A stretch of 64,000 nucleotides of DNA, taken from positions 384,001 to 448,000 of the forward strand of contig CAWHEP010000002.1 in assembly GCA_963828525.1 (NCBI GenBank), given 5' to 3'. Shown piece by piece: positions 23,808 through 33,593 of this stretch. A program made the translations under genes and the position numbers. Source of the stretch: an uncultured Verrucomicrobiae bacterium (GTDB lineage: Bacteria; Verrucomicrobiota; Verrucomicrobiia; Chthoniobacterales; Chthoniobacteraceae). Every line of letters starts with the position of its first letter. Positions within the stretch are counted from its first letter, which is position 1. Below the pieces are notes generated by a model, which saw only the letters and a list, made by a program, of their open reading frames with translations, was not told the DNA's origin and ran no database searches.

Positions 23808-24772
23808 GCGGAATCCGGCGTCACCCGGGTGACTTCACCGCTGGTTACTTTCCGCAGCGAGCCATCGGCACGCCGCAGCAGGAGGGCTCCGTCGTCGTCC
23901 AGGCCGATGGCCAACCCGCTTTCGTCCACCGTTCCCGAGGATACAGTAACCCACTTTTCCCGCAGGAAATCGCGCTCCCGGGCCCATTGCAGGATTCCCG
24001 GGAAGGAGCCTGGCAGATCCGGATAGCTGCAATCCAGCGCTTGCAGCACGGCGGCCGCAAGGCCGTTGCGATCGACCGCCGCACCCGTTTCCAGGCGCAA
24101 CGAAGTGGCGGTGGCGGCCAGCGATTCCGGGAAGGATGCATGGTTGGCGTTCAGCCCGATGCCGGCCACGGCGTAGGCGTTCCCTTGGGCCGGACTGCTT
24201 TCCACGAGAATGCCGGCGAGCTTCCGCCCGCCCGCGTAAAGGTCGTTCGGCCACTTCAGCATGACCTCCGCGCCGGTGGCGCTTTCCACTCCGCGCGCCA
24301 CTGCGCAAGCCGCCCAGAGTGTCAGGCGCGTCCAGAGCGCAGGGGGCCAGGCGGGGCGGAGGAGCAGGGAAAACCAGAGGCCCGCTCCCGGCTCGGATTG
24401 CCAGACGCGGCCGAGCCGCCCGCGCCCCGCGGTCTGTTCCTCCGCAAACGCGGCGATGCCCTCTGGCACCCCCTGCCGGCCGAGTTTGCCGAGCAGATCG
24501 TTCGTGGAGCCCGTACGCTCGAAGACCACGATCTCCCGCAGCCACCGGCGGGCGGCGGGCAGGCGGGAGAGAATGTCATCCGCCACCAGGCGGTCCGGGC
24601 TGGAAAGCAGGCGGCAGCCGAAGCAGGGGTGCTCTTCGATGCAGTAACCCGCGCCGCGCAACACCCGCACCCGCTCTGCCACTTGCGCCGGATCACCCAA
24701 CTCTGAGGCGGAAACATATCCGGCGCTCTGGCGCAGCCGCCGCAAGAGAGCGGCATCGGAGTGGGGCTGCAT
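23804..24772 (-). CDS. birA: Biotin-protein ligase with N-terminal HTH-like region
   Basis: TGSTND, QTAGRGRLGRVW, LKWPNDL...KLAGILVE, GIGLNAN; ATG overlaps the nadC stop (TGATG). Confidence 0.94.
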   Translation of the reverse strand: MQPHSDAALLRRLRQSAGYVSASELGDPAQVAERVRVLRGAGYCIEEHPCFGCRLLSSPDRLVADDILSRLPAARRWLREIVVFERTGSTNDLLGKLGRQGVPEGIAAFAEEQTAGRGRLGRVWQSEPGAGLWFSLLLRPAWPPALWTRLTLWAACAVARGVESATGAEVMLKWPNDLYAGGRKLAGILVESSPAQGNAYAVAGIGLNANHASFPESLAATATSLRLETGAAVDRNGLAAAVLQALDCSYPDLPGSFPGILQWARERDFLREKWVTVSSGTVDESGLAIGLDDDGALLLRRADGSLRKVTSGEVTRVTPDSA

Positions 24773-25621
24773 CAGGATTCGAGGTCCAGCGAGAAATCGA
24801 TGGAGCCGGCTGAGTGGGTCAGCGCGCCCACGGAAATGAAATCCACCCCGGATCTCGGCGATGGCGCGCACGGAGTCCAAAGTCACGCCGCCGCTGGCCT
24901 CGAGCTTTACGGGGCGCACCGCGCGCAATGCCACCGCCTCGCGCATCTGCGCGCAGCTCATGTTATCCAGCAGGATGATATCGATGGCTGGGATTTCCAG
25001 GAAGCCGCGGACCTGCTCCAGCGTGTCCGCTTCCACCTCTACCAGGATCTTGGGGTGCGCTTCGCGAAAAATCGCCGCCCGTGCGCGCATGGCCTCAATT
25101 TTTTGCGTGGATCTGCCGGGCTCCGCGGCCAGGTGATTGTCTTTTACCAGCACCCGGTCGAATAGGCCGAAGCGGTGATTCTCGCCGCCGCCGGCCAGCA
25201 CGGCCGCCTTTTCCAGGGCACGCAATCCCGGGGTCGTCTTGCGGGTATCGAGAATGATCGCCCCGGTGCCGGCGACGGCGTCGACAAATCGCCGCGTGAG
25301 CGTAGCGACTGCGGAGAGGCGCTGGATGAAATTCAGCGCCACCCGCTCCGCGGTCAGGATGGACCGAACCTCGCCGCGGACTTCGAGCACGCTTTCGGCG
25401 CGGGCCACCCGCGATCCCGAAGGCTTCAGGATGGTGACTTGCAAAGCGGGATCGACGCGCAGAAAAACCTCGCGAGCCGTCTCGGCTCCCGCGACGAGGG
25501 CCTCTTCCTTCGCAACGATGCGAGCCAGCCCCTGGCGGCCCTCCGTGACGAAGTACTGGCTGGTCAGATCGCCCGAGCCGAGATCTTCGGCAAGGGCGAT
25601 GGCAATCGGATCGGGAGTCAT
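24772..25621 (-). CDS. nadC: Nicotinate-nucleotide pyrophosphorylase (quinolinate phosphoribosyltransferase), frameshift near C-terminus
   Basis: ALAEDLGSGDLTS, ERVALNF, DTRKTTPGLR, VKDNH, EVEAD, LLDNM, EASGG, DFISVGALTHS. Confidence 0.96.
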
Positions 25622-25681
25622 GGCGGGCTCGCCAGACTACGCGGAACGATTCGCCGCAAAGAAAGCCCGGTGGCGTTCCTG

Positions 25682-25760
25682 AAAAAAGTAGGTTCGGGCG
25701 GCGCATGCCCAAGGAGTATGTCGTCACAGAAAACAAACTACATGCGCCTACCCGAACCTA
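25682..25760 (-). terminator. Long hairpin followed by a U-tract in the nadC leader (terminator or 3' end of an sRNA)
   Basis: TAGGTTCGGG-TA-GGCGCATG...CATGCGCC-G-CCCGAACCTA then CTTTTTT on the minus strand. Confidence 0.6.
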
Positions 25761-25865
25761 ACCCCTAAACCTGTAGAGTCAGACACAACCGCCCCGCGCC
25801 CGTTCGAAAAAAGATTAAATTTTAGAAATATTTTTCCGAGCTGCCCAAAAGCGGCCGGCCTGAAC

Positions 25866-26810
25866 CTATTTGCCGGGCAGCGAAGCGAGGGCGATGGCCG
25901 CGCTGCCGATGATCCCGGCGTCATTACCCAGCTCGGCCGGCAGCAGCCGCAGAGACTCGTAGAAAACGGGCATGGTGGAAGCCTGGATGGTGCGGCGGAT
26001 CGGCTCGAAGAGCAGCTCCCCGGCGCGCGCCACTCCTCCGCCCAGCACGATGGCATCCGGGTTCAGCAGCCAGACGACATTCGCCAGGGCGGTGCCGATC
26101 TCCGCGCCAATCTCTGCCCAGAGCTGCCGCGCCGTGGCGTCGCCGGCGCGCGCCGCCGTATCGAGCGCCGCGGGGCTGCATTCGCTCAGTGGGAGCAATT
26201 TTCCGGCATTTTCGTAGAGTTTTTGCGCTCGCTCGGCGATCTGGGCGTTGCCCACATATTTTTCCAGAGCGCCGAGATTGCCGTAGTTTCCCGCGCGCCC
26301 GCGGAGGTCGATGCTCATTTGGCCGACCTCACCCGCACCGAGGTGGCTGCCGCGAAAGAGTTGGCCGTTCAGAATAAGCCCGCCTCCGACCCCGGTGCCG
26401 AGAGTGATGCAAACGACGTTTAATCCGTTGCGAGCCGCGCCGAACTTCCACTCGGCGTAGGCCATGGCGTTGGCGTCGTTTTCAATGGCCGCCGGCAAGC
26501 CGGTGCGCTGCTGCAGCAGGTCGCGCAACGGCACGTCGTACCAGCCTGGCACGTTCGAAAGGCGATGCACAACGCCGGTGAGGCTGTCCGTAATGCCGGG
26601 CAGGCCGATCCCGATCGCCGCCACCTCGGCATGCACCAGCCGGAGTGCCTGGATCTCCGCGATCAAGGCCTCGATGAGCGCCGCGCTGTCGCCCGTGCGC
26701 AACGTATCGATGGTGGCCCCGCGGTGGACGATCGCGCCGTTCTGCACGATGGCGGATTTGATGGTGGTGCCGCCGAAGTCGATGCCGATCGCGGTCGCGG
26801 AATCCTTCAT
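25866..26810 (-). CDS. ROK-family sugar kinase (glucokinase-like)
   Basis: GIDFGGTTIK, ENDANAMAYAE, TLGTGVGGG, GAGEVGQ, LGGGV, LGNDAGIIGSA. Confidence 0.92.
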   Translation of the reverse strand: MKDSATAIGIDFGGTTIKSAIVQNGAIVHRGATIDTLRTGDSAALIEALIAEIQALRLVHAEVAAIGIGLPGITDSLTGVVHRLSNVPGWYDVPLRDLLQQRTGLPAAIENDANAMAYAEWKFGAARNGLNVVCITLGTGVGGGLILNGQLFRGSHLGAGEVGQMSIDLRGRAGNYGNLGALEKYVGNAQIAERAQKLYENAGKLLPLSECSPAALDTAARAGDATARQLWAEIGAEIGTALANVVWLLNPDAIVLGGGVARAGELLFEPIRRTIQASTMPVFYESLRLLPAELGNDAGIIGSAAIALASLPGK

Positions 26811-26814
26811 GTTT

Positions 26815-27576
26815 CTAGGGGGTGGGGAAGTTCAGGTTGCCGATGATGCGCAACCCTTCCAGCGTGAGGTGCGGGTGAACAAGCTTAATCTCCGGCAGGC
26901 CGGCGGCGATGAACTCCGCGTAACCACCGGTGGCCACCACGTGGCATCTGCGCCCTGCGCCGAGTTCCCGGCGAATCTGGAGGAGAATCTCGCGGACGAG
27001 CCCGCGGTAGCCATGGATGGCCCCGGCGAGCATGGCTTCACGGGTCGATTTCCCGATGGCGGAGACCGGCTCGGCCGGCTTGATTTTCGGGAGGAGGGCG
27101 GTGCGCTGGTAGAGATAGTCGGTCATGGCCTCCAGGCCGGGCGCGATCACGCCGCCGAGGTAGGCGTTGCGCTTGGAAAGAATATCGAAGGTGACGGCGG
27201 TGCCGAAATCAACCACCACCGCCGGGCCGCCGCAGAGCTGGCGAACGGCGGCGGCATTGGCCAGCCGGTCGCCGCCGATGGTGGCCGGCTTCGGATAGTC
27301 GATCTCGACGCCGAGATCGATCTTGTTGCTCACCTGCACGAGATCGCCGCTGCGGGCCTGCGCGGCAAAGGCGGCGAGGGCAAGAGCCGCTTTCTCGGGC
27401 ACTACCGAGCAAAGGACGATTTTTTGCCCGGCGCGCGGCATGCGCCGGAACGCCGCCGCCGTAAGGGTGGGAGTGCGGACGCGCGAAACCCGGCCCAGCC
27501 CCCGCCGCGAGGCTTGGGCGAATTTCGTGAACGAGTTGCTGATGTCGATCAGCAGGTAATCGGGGGGCATCGGCAT
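26815..27576 (-). CDS. coaX: Type III pantothenate kinase
   Basis: LLIDISNSFTK, CSVVP, IGGDRLANA, VVDFGTAVTFD, GGVIAPG, ATGG, LTLEGL. Confidence 0.95.
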   Translation of the reverse strand: MPMPPDYLLIDISNSFTKFAQASRRGLGRVSRVRTPTLTAAAFRRMPRAGQKIVLCSVVPEKAALALAAFAAQARSGDLVQVSNKIDLGVEIDYPKPATIGGDRLANAAAVRQLCGGPAVVVDFGTAVTFDILSKRNAYLGGVIAPGLEAMTDYLYQRTALLPKIKPAEPVSAIGKSTREAMLAGAIHGYRGLVREILLQIRRELGAGRRCHVVATGGYAEFIAAGLPEIKLVHPHLTLEGLRIIGNLNFPTP

Positions 27577-27619
27577 TGAGTGTTCCCGCGGGGCGTGTAA
27601 CCTGTCAAACACACCCGCG

Positions 27620-28615
27620 ATGCCCAACGACAGCGCACCCCACTCCATGCAGCCCCGCCGGCCCCGGCGCCTGCGCGGCTCGGCGGGCCTGCGCGAGATG
27701 ATGAGGGAGCACGCCATCCGGCCCCAGGATTTGATCCTGCCGCTTTTTGCGAGCGAGAAAATCAGCGCGGCGCAGCCGGTGCCGAGCATGCCGGGAGTCT
27801 CGCAGTGGACGGTGGACGGATTGCGGCGCGAAGCGGCGGCGGCCTGGGAGGATGGGGTGCGGAGCGTCCTGCTTTTCGGCATTCCGAAGGAAAAGGACGA
27901 ACAGGCGTCTCAAGCTTGGGCGGAGAATGGCATTGTGCAAGAGGCGGTGCGGGCGCTGAAACGCGACCTGCCCGAGCTGGTGGTGGTCACTGATGTCTGC
28001 TTGTGCGAATACATGAGCCACGGGCATTGCGGCGTGGTGAAGGGCGGTCACGTGCTCAATGACGAATCGCTCCAGCTGCTTGCCCGCACCGCTGTTTCTC
28101 ACGCGCAGGCGGGCGCGGATATGGTCGCTCCCAGCGACATGATGGATGGCCGGGTGCGCGCCATCCGCGGCGCGCTGGATAGCTCCGGAAACACCGGGAC
28201 CGTAATCATGAGTTACGCTGCGAAGTTTTGTTCCGCCTTTTACGGCCCCTTCCGCGATGCGGCCGAGAGCACCCCCGCGTTTGGCGACCGCCGCACTTAC
28301 CAGATGGATTGCGCCAATGCGGAGGAGGCGATGCGGGAGGTGGAACTGGATCTGGCTGAAGGCGCGGACATTATCCTCATCAAGCCGGGCCTGCCTTATC
28401 TGGATATTGTCTGGCGGGTCAGGGAACGGTTCGGAGTGCCGACCGCCATCTATAACGTGAGCGGCGAGTACGCGATGGTGAAAGCCGCCGCCGCGCAGGG
28501 CTGGCTGGACGAGCGCAGCACCGTGATGGAAACCATGACCGCCTTTAAGCGCGCGGGAGCCGGGCTGGTGATTACCTATTGGGCGCGGCAGGTGGCGCAA
28601 TGGCTGCGGGAGTAG
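27620..28615 (+). CDS. hemB: Porphobilinogen synthase
   Basis: RPRRLR, DVCLCEYMSHGHCG, APSDMMDGRV, SAFYGPFRDA, IKPGLPYLD, YNVSGEY. Confidence 0.98.
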   Translation: MPNDSAPHSMQPRRPRRLRGSAGLREMMREHAIRPQDLILPLFASEKISAAQPVPSMPGVSQWTVDGLRREAAAAWEDGVRSVLLFGIPKEKDEQASQAWAENGIVQEAVRALKRDLPELVVVTDVCLCEYMSHGHCGVVKGGHVLNDESLQLLARTAVSHAQAGADMVAPSDMMDGRVRAIRGALDSSGNTGTVIMSYAAKFCSAFYGPFRDAAESTPAFGDRRTYQMDCANAEEAMREVELDLAEGADIILIKPGLPYLDIVWRVRERFGVPTAIYNVSGEYAMVKAAAAQGWLDERSTVMETMTAFKRAGAGLVITYWARQVAQWLRE

Positions 28616-28670
28616 CGAGCCGCAAGGGTTGAGGCGTGTGCGCAACGCGGCAATCCCGAATGAAACAGGC

Positions 28671-28967
28671 TTACCTCTTTTTGGGCGGCAACTCTCGAAC
28701 GAAAGCCCATGAGATTTCGGCCAACTCGCCCGTATCATAGGTGACGGTAAAATGACTGCCGAGCTCTTGGTCGACTGTGACGACGACCGGGATTGCCTCC
28801 GCCGAAATATGATTCGCCTTTCGAATGGCAGAATGAGGTTCGAGAAAACAAAGGCCATCCTCAAATTGGATATCGAAAGCGTCCTCCCATCCAAGGTACC
28901 GGGCGTTACGGATGCGTGAAAAAGCAGCTTTTCCGTAACCTTTTTTAAGCTGCACTGCGGATTTCAT
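28671..28967 (-). CDS. DUF2442-like small protein (putative antitoxin partner)
   Basis: RIRNARYL...FDIQFEDG pattern; ATGA overlap with the upstream gene; lower GC than neighbours. Confidence 0.5.
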   Translation of the reverse strand: MKSAVQLKKGYGKAAFSRIRNARYLGWEDAFDIQFEDGLCFLEPHSAIRKANHISAEAIPVVVTVDQELGSHFTVTYDTGELAEISWAFVRELPPKKR

Positions 28968-29163
28968 AGGCGTCCTTCTTTAATTAGTTCTTTTACTAAT
29001 CTAAGCAGCTTTTGTCTGGTTGCCAGCCTTCGATTCCCACCAGTCTATTCACATCCAGGCGGCCGAGCAACCGGCGCTTACTGGTGTACACATGAATATG
29101 ACGTGGCACGTGATCGCCGATGAACCATTCCAAGATGTAACCGCCTCGCCGAACTCTGCCCAT
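28964..29163 (-). CDS. DUF4160-like small protein (putative toxin); one missing A in a homopolymer; absent from the ORF track
   Basis: MGRVRRGGYILEWFIGDHVPRHIHVYTSKRRLLGRLDV...LVKELIKEGRL*; DHxPxHIHV motif. Confidence 0.65.
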
Positions 29164-29173
29164 GTTCGGACTC

Positions 29174-30112
29174 TCACGGAAGGGTGGTGCGCAGCAACTC
29201 CGCCGGGCCGTTTACTGGATGCACCAGCCGACTATCCAGTGTGGCCGGAGTGAGGAAAAACTGGCCGGCGCTGAACTCCAGCGAGCCGCAACGCGCTTTT
29301 CCACTCAGCACGGTGAAGATCGCGAATTCTCCCTCGGGCGCCGCCTCCCGGGGCTGATCGAGGTTCCAGCGATCCACCTGGAAATACTCGCACTTCACCA
29401 GCGTTTCGCCGGCCGGGTGCTGCAGCTCGGGCGTGAAATCGGTGAAGTCTATAGACTCCATCGATTCGCGAATGTGCAGCTCGCGCGCCTTGCCGTCCAG
29501 CCCCACGCGGTTCCAGTCGAAGACGCGGTAGGTGGTGTCGCTATTCTGCTGCACCTCCACGATCACGTTCCCGGCGCCGATTGCATGGACCCGTCCGCTG
29601 GGGATGAAGATGCAGTCGCCGGCCTTCACTTCGATCCGGTGGATCATTTGCTCCACCGTGCCGTCGCCGAGCGCCTGTTCGAACTGTGCGCGCGTCACGC
29701 CCGGACGTAGGCCGGCAAAGATGTCGGCCCCTTCGTCGGCATTGGCGATGTACCACATTTCCGTTTTCGGCTCACCCTGAAGGGCTGGGGCCACAGTGGC
29801 GGGCGGGTGCACCTGCACGGAAAGGCGTTCGCGCGCGTCGAGCAGCTTGAAGAGCAGCGGAAATCGCGATGAGGCGCCGGCCCGGCCTCCGAAGACGTCG
29901 GCGTGGCGCCCGGTCCAGAGTTCACCGAGGGTGCTCCCGCGCAAAGGACCGGTATGCACCACGCTTTGGGCCTCGTCGCGATCCACGATTTCCCAGGATT
30001 CGCCAACGCGCCCGCCGGGGAGATTTTTGCCCAGGAGCGTCTCCAGATGGCGGCCACCCCAAACGCGTTCCATGAAGAGCGGCTCAAAGACAATAGGGTC
30101 GGCGAAGCGCAT
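29174..30112 (-). CDS. manA: Type I phosphomannose isomerase
   Basis: ERVWGG, GESWE, FPLLFKLLDARERLSVQVHP, KTEMWY, GRVHAIG, EVQQNSDTTYRVFDW. Confidence 0.92.
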   Translation of the reverse strand: MRFADPIVFEPLFMERVWGGRHLETLLGKNLPGGRVGESWEIVDRDEAQSVVHTGPLRGSTLGELWTGRHADVFGGRAGASSRFPLLFKLLDARERLSVQVHPPATVAPALQGEPKTEMWYIANADEGADIFAGLRPGVTRAQFEQALGDGTVEQMIHRIEVKAGDCIFIPSGRVHAIGAGNVIVEVQQNSDTTYRVFDWNRVGLDGKARELHIRESMESIDFTDFTPELQHPAGETLVKCEYFQVDRWNLDQPREAAPEGEFAIFTVLSGKARCGSLEFSAGQFFLTPATLDSRLVHPVNGPAELLRTTLP

Positions 30113-30159
30113 CCGGGTAGGTGGGCATGGAGAGCCCCGCGGCGTCAATGTCCAAGCAC

Positions 30160-30194
30160 AAAAAAAGGCGCCGCGGTGTGCGCGGCGCCTTTTT
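30160..30194. terminator. Bidirectional intrinsic terminator downstream of the sigma70 gene
   Basis: AAAAAAAGGCGCCGCG-GTGTG-CGCGGCGCCTTTTT. Confidence 0.85.
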
Positions 30195-30206
30195 GATAGC
30201 TGCTGC

Positions 30207-31061
30207 TTAGCTGGCGCTGTGGACGAAATCCGCCGCCGGCTTTTCCTTCTTCTGCAGGGCGCGGCGCAGTTTCATGAGCGCGATATTCTGAAGCTGGCGG
30301 ATGCGCTCGCGCGTGACGCCGAATTTTTTGCCGACTTCCTCCAGTGTCTTCGGCTTGCCGCCATCCAGGCCGAACCGCGAAAAGATGATTTTCTTCTCCC
30401 GCTCGTCCAGCACGCCGATGAGGTCGCCCACCTCGTCGCGCAGATTCTGGTCGCGCAGTTGTTCGAAAGGTGTGAGCGCTTCCTCGTCGCCGACGATTTC
30501 GCCAAACTCCGTGGTATCGTCGTCGCTGATCGGCGCATCCAGCGACGCAGGCCGGATGGAGACGGTCTTCAACTGCGAAACCTTGGCGGACGCCATGCCG
30601 ATTTCCTCGGCCAGCTCCTCGTCGGTCGGCTCGCGGCCGAGTTCTTCACTCATTTGCATGGAGACGCGGCGCATCTTCGAGATTTTGTCCACCAGATGAA
30701 CGGGCAGGCGGATGGTCTTGCTCTGGTTGGCCAAGGCGCGCTTGATGGATTGCTTGATCCACCAGGCGGCGTAGGTGGAGAGCTTGCCTCCCTTGGCGGG
30801 ATCGAAGCGCTCCACCGCCTTCATCAGGCCAATGTTCCCCTCGGAAATCAGGTCGAGCAGCGGCAGGCCCAAGTTGTTGTAATCGTGGGCAATTTTAACC
30901 ACGAGGCGGAGATTGGCGCGGATCATCATGGCGCGCGCTTCCTTGTCGCCCTTTTTGATGCGGGCGGCGAGGTCGATCTCCTGCTGTGGCGTGAGAAGGG
31001 CAATCTGCCCTATTTCGCGCAGGTAAATTTTGATTCCGGATTCAGTGTCGTCGGCGGCCAT
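30207..31061 (-). CDS. RpoD/SigA-family sigma70 factor (short form lacking region 1.1)
   Basis: YLREIG, ANLRLVVKIA, DLISEGNIGLMKAVERFDP, STYAAWWIKQ, TLEEVG...TRERIRQ. Confidence 0.95.
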   Translation of the reverse strand: MAADDTESGIKIYLREIGQIALLTPQQEIDLAARIKKGDKEARAMMIRANLRLVVKIAHDYNNLGLPLLDLISEGNIGLMKAVERFDPAKGGKLSTYAAWWIKQSIKRALANQSKTIRLPVHLVDKISKMRRVSMQMSEELGREPTDEELAEEIGMASAKVSQLKTVSIRPASLDAPISDDDTTEFGEIVGDEEALTPFEQLRDQNLRDEVGDLIGVLDEREKKIIFSRFGLDGGKPKTLEEVGKKFGVTRERIRQLQNIALMKLRRALQKKEKPAADFVHSAS

Positions 31062-31563
31062 AAAGTTGCAGGGCTCAAAAGCTTCTGCTAAGATTGAGTT
31101 GGTTCTGTATTAGATTCGTTTAGCGCAGCCGCCTTGCTCGTCTGGGAAAGGCTTTCCGAGCAAATTGTTAACGCCATTAAGTTTTACGATAGTTGGACGG
31201 AGGTGGATGCGCTTTTGTTCAATTCACTCGGAAGAAACGGAACCCTTAGCGCCTCAGTGGGAGCATGGCGTATGCCGCTGCGGACTTACTGCCTCAGAAG
31301 AGATGGCTCCCGCTCTCAAACGGTCCTGACAAAGCGGGCGAACTGTACCGGCTTAGGAAGCAGTGCGGAGCGTGGTAATACACCTGATTGTTACAATGCC
31401 GGAATAGCCAGCCGGATGAGGACGGCTTACTCACGGCGCGATGCACCTGCTCGCCCAAGCTCCCGCGCCGACGGCTCTCCGAAAACCGGCGAGATGAGCA
31501 GCGAAAGCCCCACTTCTTCCGCCTTGCCCCCGTTGATCCCCTCCCCAGCGCGTGGCCGGTCAT

Positions 31564-31822
31564 CACGGAATTGTCCGCCGAGCTGGTGGCGATGTCCACC
31601 ATCCTGTTTGCGGACCGCCTCGGGCTGCCGGAGAGCATCACGCACGTGCTCTCCTCCGGAATCGCCGGCACCATGGCGGCGAACCGTTCCGGGCTGCAGG
31701 CGCAAACGCTGCGGAATATCCTGCTGGCCTGGGTGCTGACCCTGCCGGTGTGCATGTTCCTCGGCTCCATCCTTTTCGCCTTCGGCAATTACATCGTCTT
31801 CAACATCCTGCGCATGTCCTAG
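31564..31822 (+). pseudogene. C-terminal remnant of a PitA-type inorganic phosphate transporter
   Basis: SAELVA...GLPESITHVLSSGIAGTMAANRSGLQ...RNILLAWVLTLP; only about 85 codons, no N-terminal part. Confidence 0.8.
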
Positions 31823-31998
31823 AGCGGCCGCGTGAGCCGGCCGGGGGCTTTGGGCTTGGGCAGGAAACCAACCACGCGCCGGTGTTTCTATCGGGCGCGA
31901 ACGCTTCGGGGGTTGAACTCAGGGCCTCTTTGCTATTCTCTCCCCCTCGGGCAACCCGATCCGGGACGCCGTCATTCCCCTCTCACCGAATTTCTCTT

Positions 31999-33540
31999 AT
32001 GAAGCGCATTGCCGTGGCCGGTTTCCTGTGGTCGTTCCGGATTGCTGCCAGCCTGGCATTGATCGCCCTGCCGTGCCGGGCGGCGGAGCCCTTCTGCAAC
32101 GTGCGAAGTTTCGGCGCGGTAGGAGACGGGAAGCACCTCGACAGTCCGAACATCGACCAGGCCATCGCCGCGGCCGCGGCGGCGGGGGGAGGGACCGTGC
32201 TGGTGCCCGCGGGGAGGTATCTGAGCGGCTCGATTCATCTCAAAAGCAACATTCATCTGGTGCTCGAGCCCGGCGCAGTCATCGTGGGAGCGCCGCAGGA
32301 GATGAATGTCTATGACGAGACGGAGCCGTGGGCGGACAATCCTTACCAGGATGGCGGCCACTGTTACTTTCATAACAGCCTCATCTGGGGAGAGAACCTG
32401 ACGAATGTATCCATCACCGGCCAGGGGATGATCGATGGGGGCGGCCTGGTTTCCGACGACGGGGTGCTGGACCGGATGTGCGGTTTCTCGGAATGGGAAC
32501 GGAAGGACAAGTCCCATAACGCCCTGCCCCCGCTTCGCCTGGGGAATAAGGCGGTCGCGCTGAAGCTCTGCCGGGGGGTGGTGATCCGGGATATCACCAT
32601 CGTCCACGGCGGCCATTTCGCGGTGTTAGTCACAGGCTGCGATAACCTGACGGTCGATAACATGACCTTGGATACCAATCGGGATGGCATCGATATCGAC
32701 TGCTGCCGGAATACGGTCGTTTCCAATTGCCGGATCAATGCCCCGCACGACGACGCACTCTGCCCGAAGAGCACCTATGCGCTGGGGCGGAACGTTCTCA
32801 CCGAAAACCTGACGATTACCAACTGCCAGGTCAGCGGATTCAAGGAAGGAACTTTGCTGGATGGCACGATGAAGCCGGGAGAGGGCAATGGCCGCATCAA
32901 GTTTGGCACCGAGGCGAGCGGGGGATTCCGGAATTGCGTGGTTTCCAACTGCACCTTCCGCGGCTGCAAGGGGCTGGCTCTGGAAGAGGTGGATGGCGGC
33001 ACGATGGAGAATATCTCCGTCAATAACCTGACGATGATGGATGTGTATAGCTGCGCGATCTATGTGGTGGGCGGCACCCGCTACCGGGGCGGGAATGTCG
33101 CGCACGCGAGCTTCGGACGAAACATTTCCATCTCCAATGTCGTGGCCGATCACGTCAGCCGGGCGAGCGGCATCCAGATCACGGGCACCCCGGAGCAGCC
33201 GCTGGAAGGGATCCGGCTGGAGAATATCAAACTGATCTGCGAAGGCGGCGGCACGAAGGACGATGCGGCCAAGGAGCCGGCGGAACTGGGCCGGGACTAT
33301 CCCGAGCCGCATGAGGTTTCAGCCTACGGGATTTTTGCGCGGCACGTTCGGGACCTGGAGCTGGCGAACATTCGCGTGAGTTTTCGGAAAGACGAGATGC
33401 GGCCGGCCTCTTTCTTTTCGGATGTGGATGGGCTGGAAATCGATAACTTCCGGCCGCAGGTCATGAAGGACGGGCCTGCGGCGATGGTGATGCAGCAAGT
33501 TCGGAATGCGACGCTGCGGGATACCCCTGCCCGGCATTGA
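31999..33540 (+). CDS. Secreted GH28 (pectin lyase-fold) glycoside hydrolase
   Basis: Signal peptide; FGAVGDG, GGGTVLVPAGRYLSG, NRDGIDID, DDALCPKS, RIKFGTE. Confidence 0.88.
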   Translation: MKRIAVAGFLWSFRIAASLALIALPCRAAEPFCNVRSFGAVGDGKHLDSPNIDQAIAAAAAAGGGTVLVPAGRYLSGSIHLKSNIHLVLEPGAVIVGAPQEMNVYDETEPWADNPYQDGGHCYFHNSLIWGENLTNVSITGQGMIDGGGLVSDDGVLDRMCGFSEWERKDKSHNALPPLRLGNKAVALKLCRGVVIRDITIVHGGHFAVLVTGCDNLTVDNMTLDTNRDGIDIDCCRNTVVSNCRINAPHDDALCPKSTYALGRNVLTENLTITNCQVSGFKEGTLLDGTMKPGEGNGRIKFGTEASGGFRNCVVSNCTFRGCKGLALEEVDGGTMENISVNNLTMMDVYSCAIYVVGGTRYRGGNVAHASFGRNISISNVVADHVSRASGIQITGTPEQPLEGIRLENIKLICEGGGTKDDAAKEPAELGRDYPEPHEVSAYGIFARHVRDLELANIRVSFRKDEMRPASFFSDVDGLEIDNFRPQVMKDGPAAMVMQQVRNATLRDTPARH

Positions 33541-33593
33541 GAAGGCAAGGAGGGATGCGGCGGTACCGCACCCCTCCCCTGTTGCCCCCAAGA

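Noticed and set aside
23804..25621. Apparent 605-aa NadC-BirA fusion
   Set aside because: The NadC C-terminus (DFISVGALTHS...*) is in another frame and ends in TGATG overlapping the birA start; a single indel explains the fusion
31395..31495. Hammerhead-like GATGAG...CGAAA pattern
   Set aside because: Core reads CGGATGA rather than CTGANGA, and stems I and III cannot be formed properly
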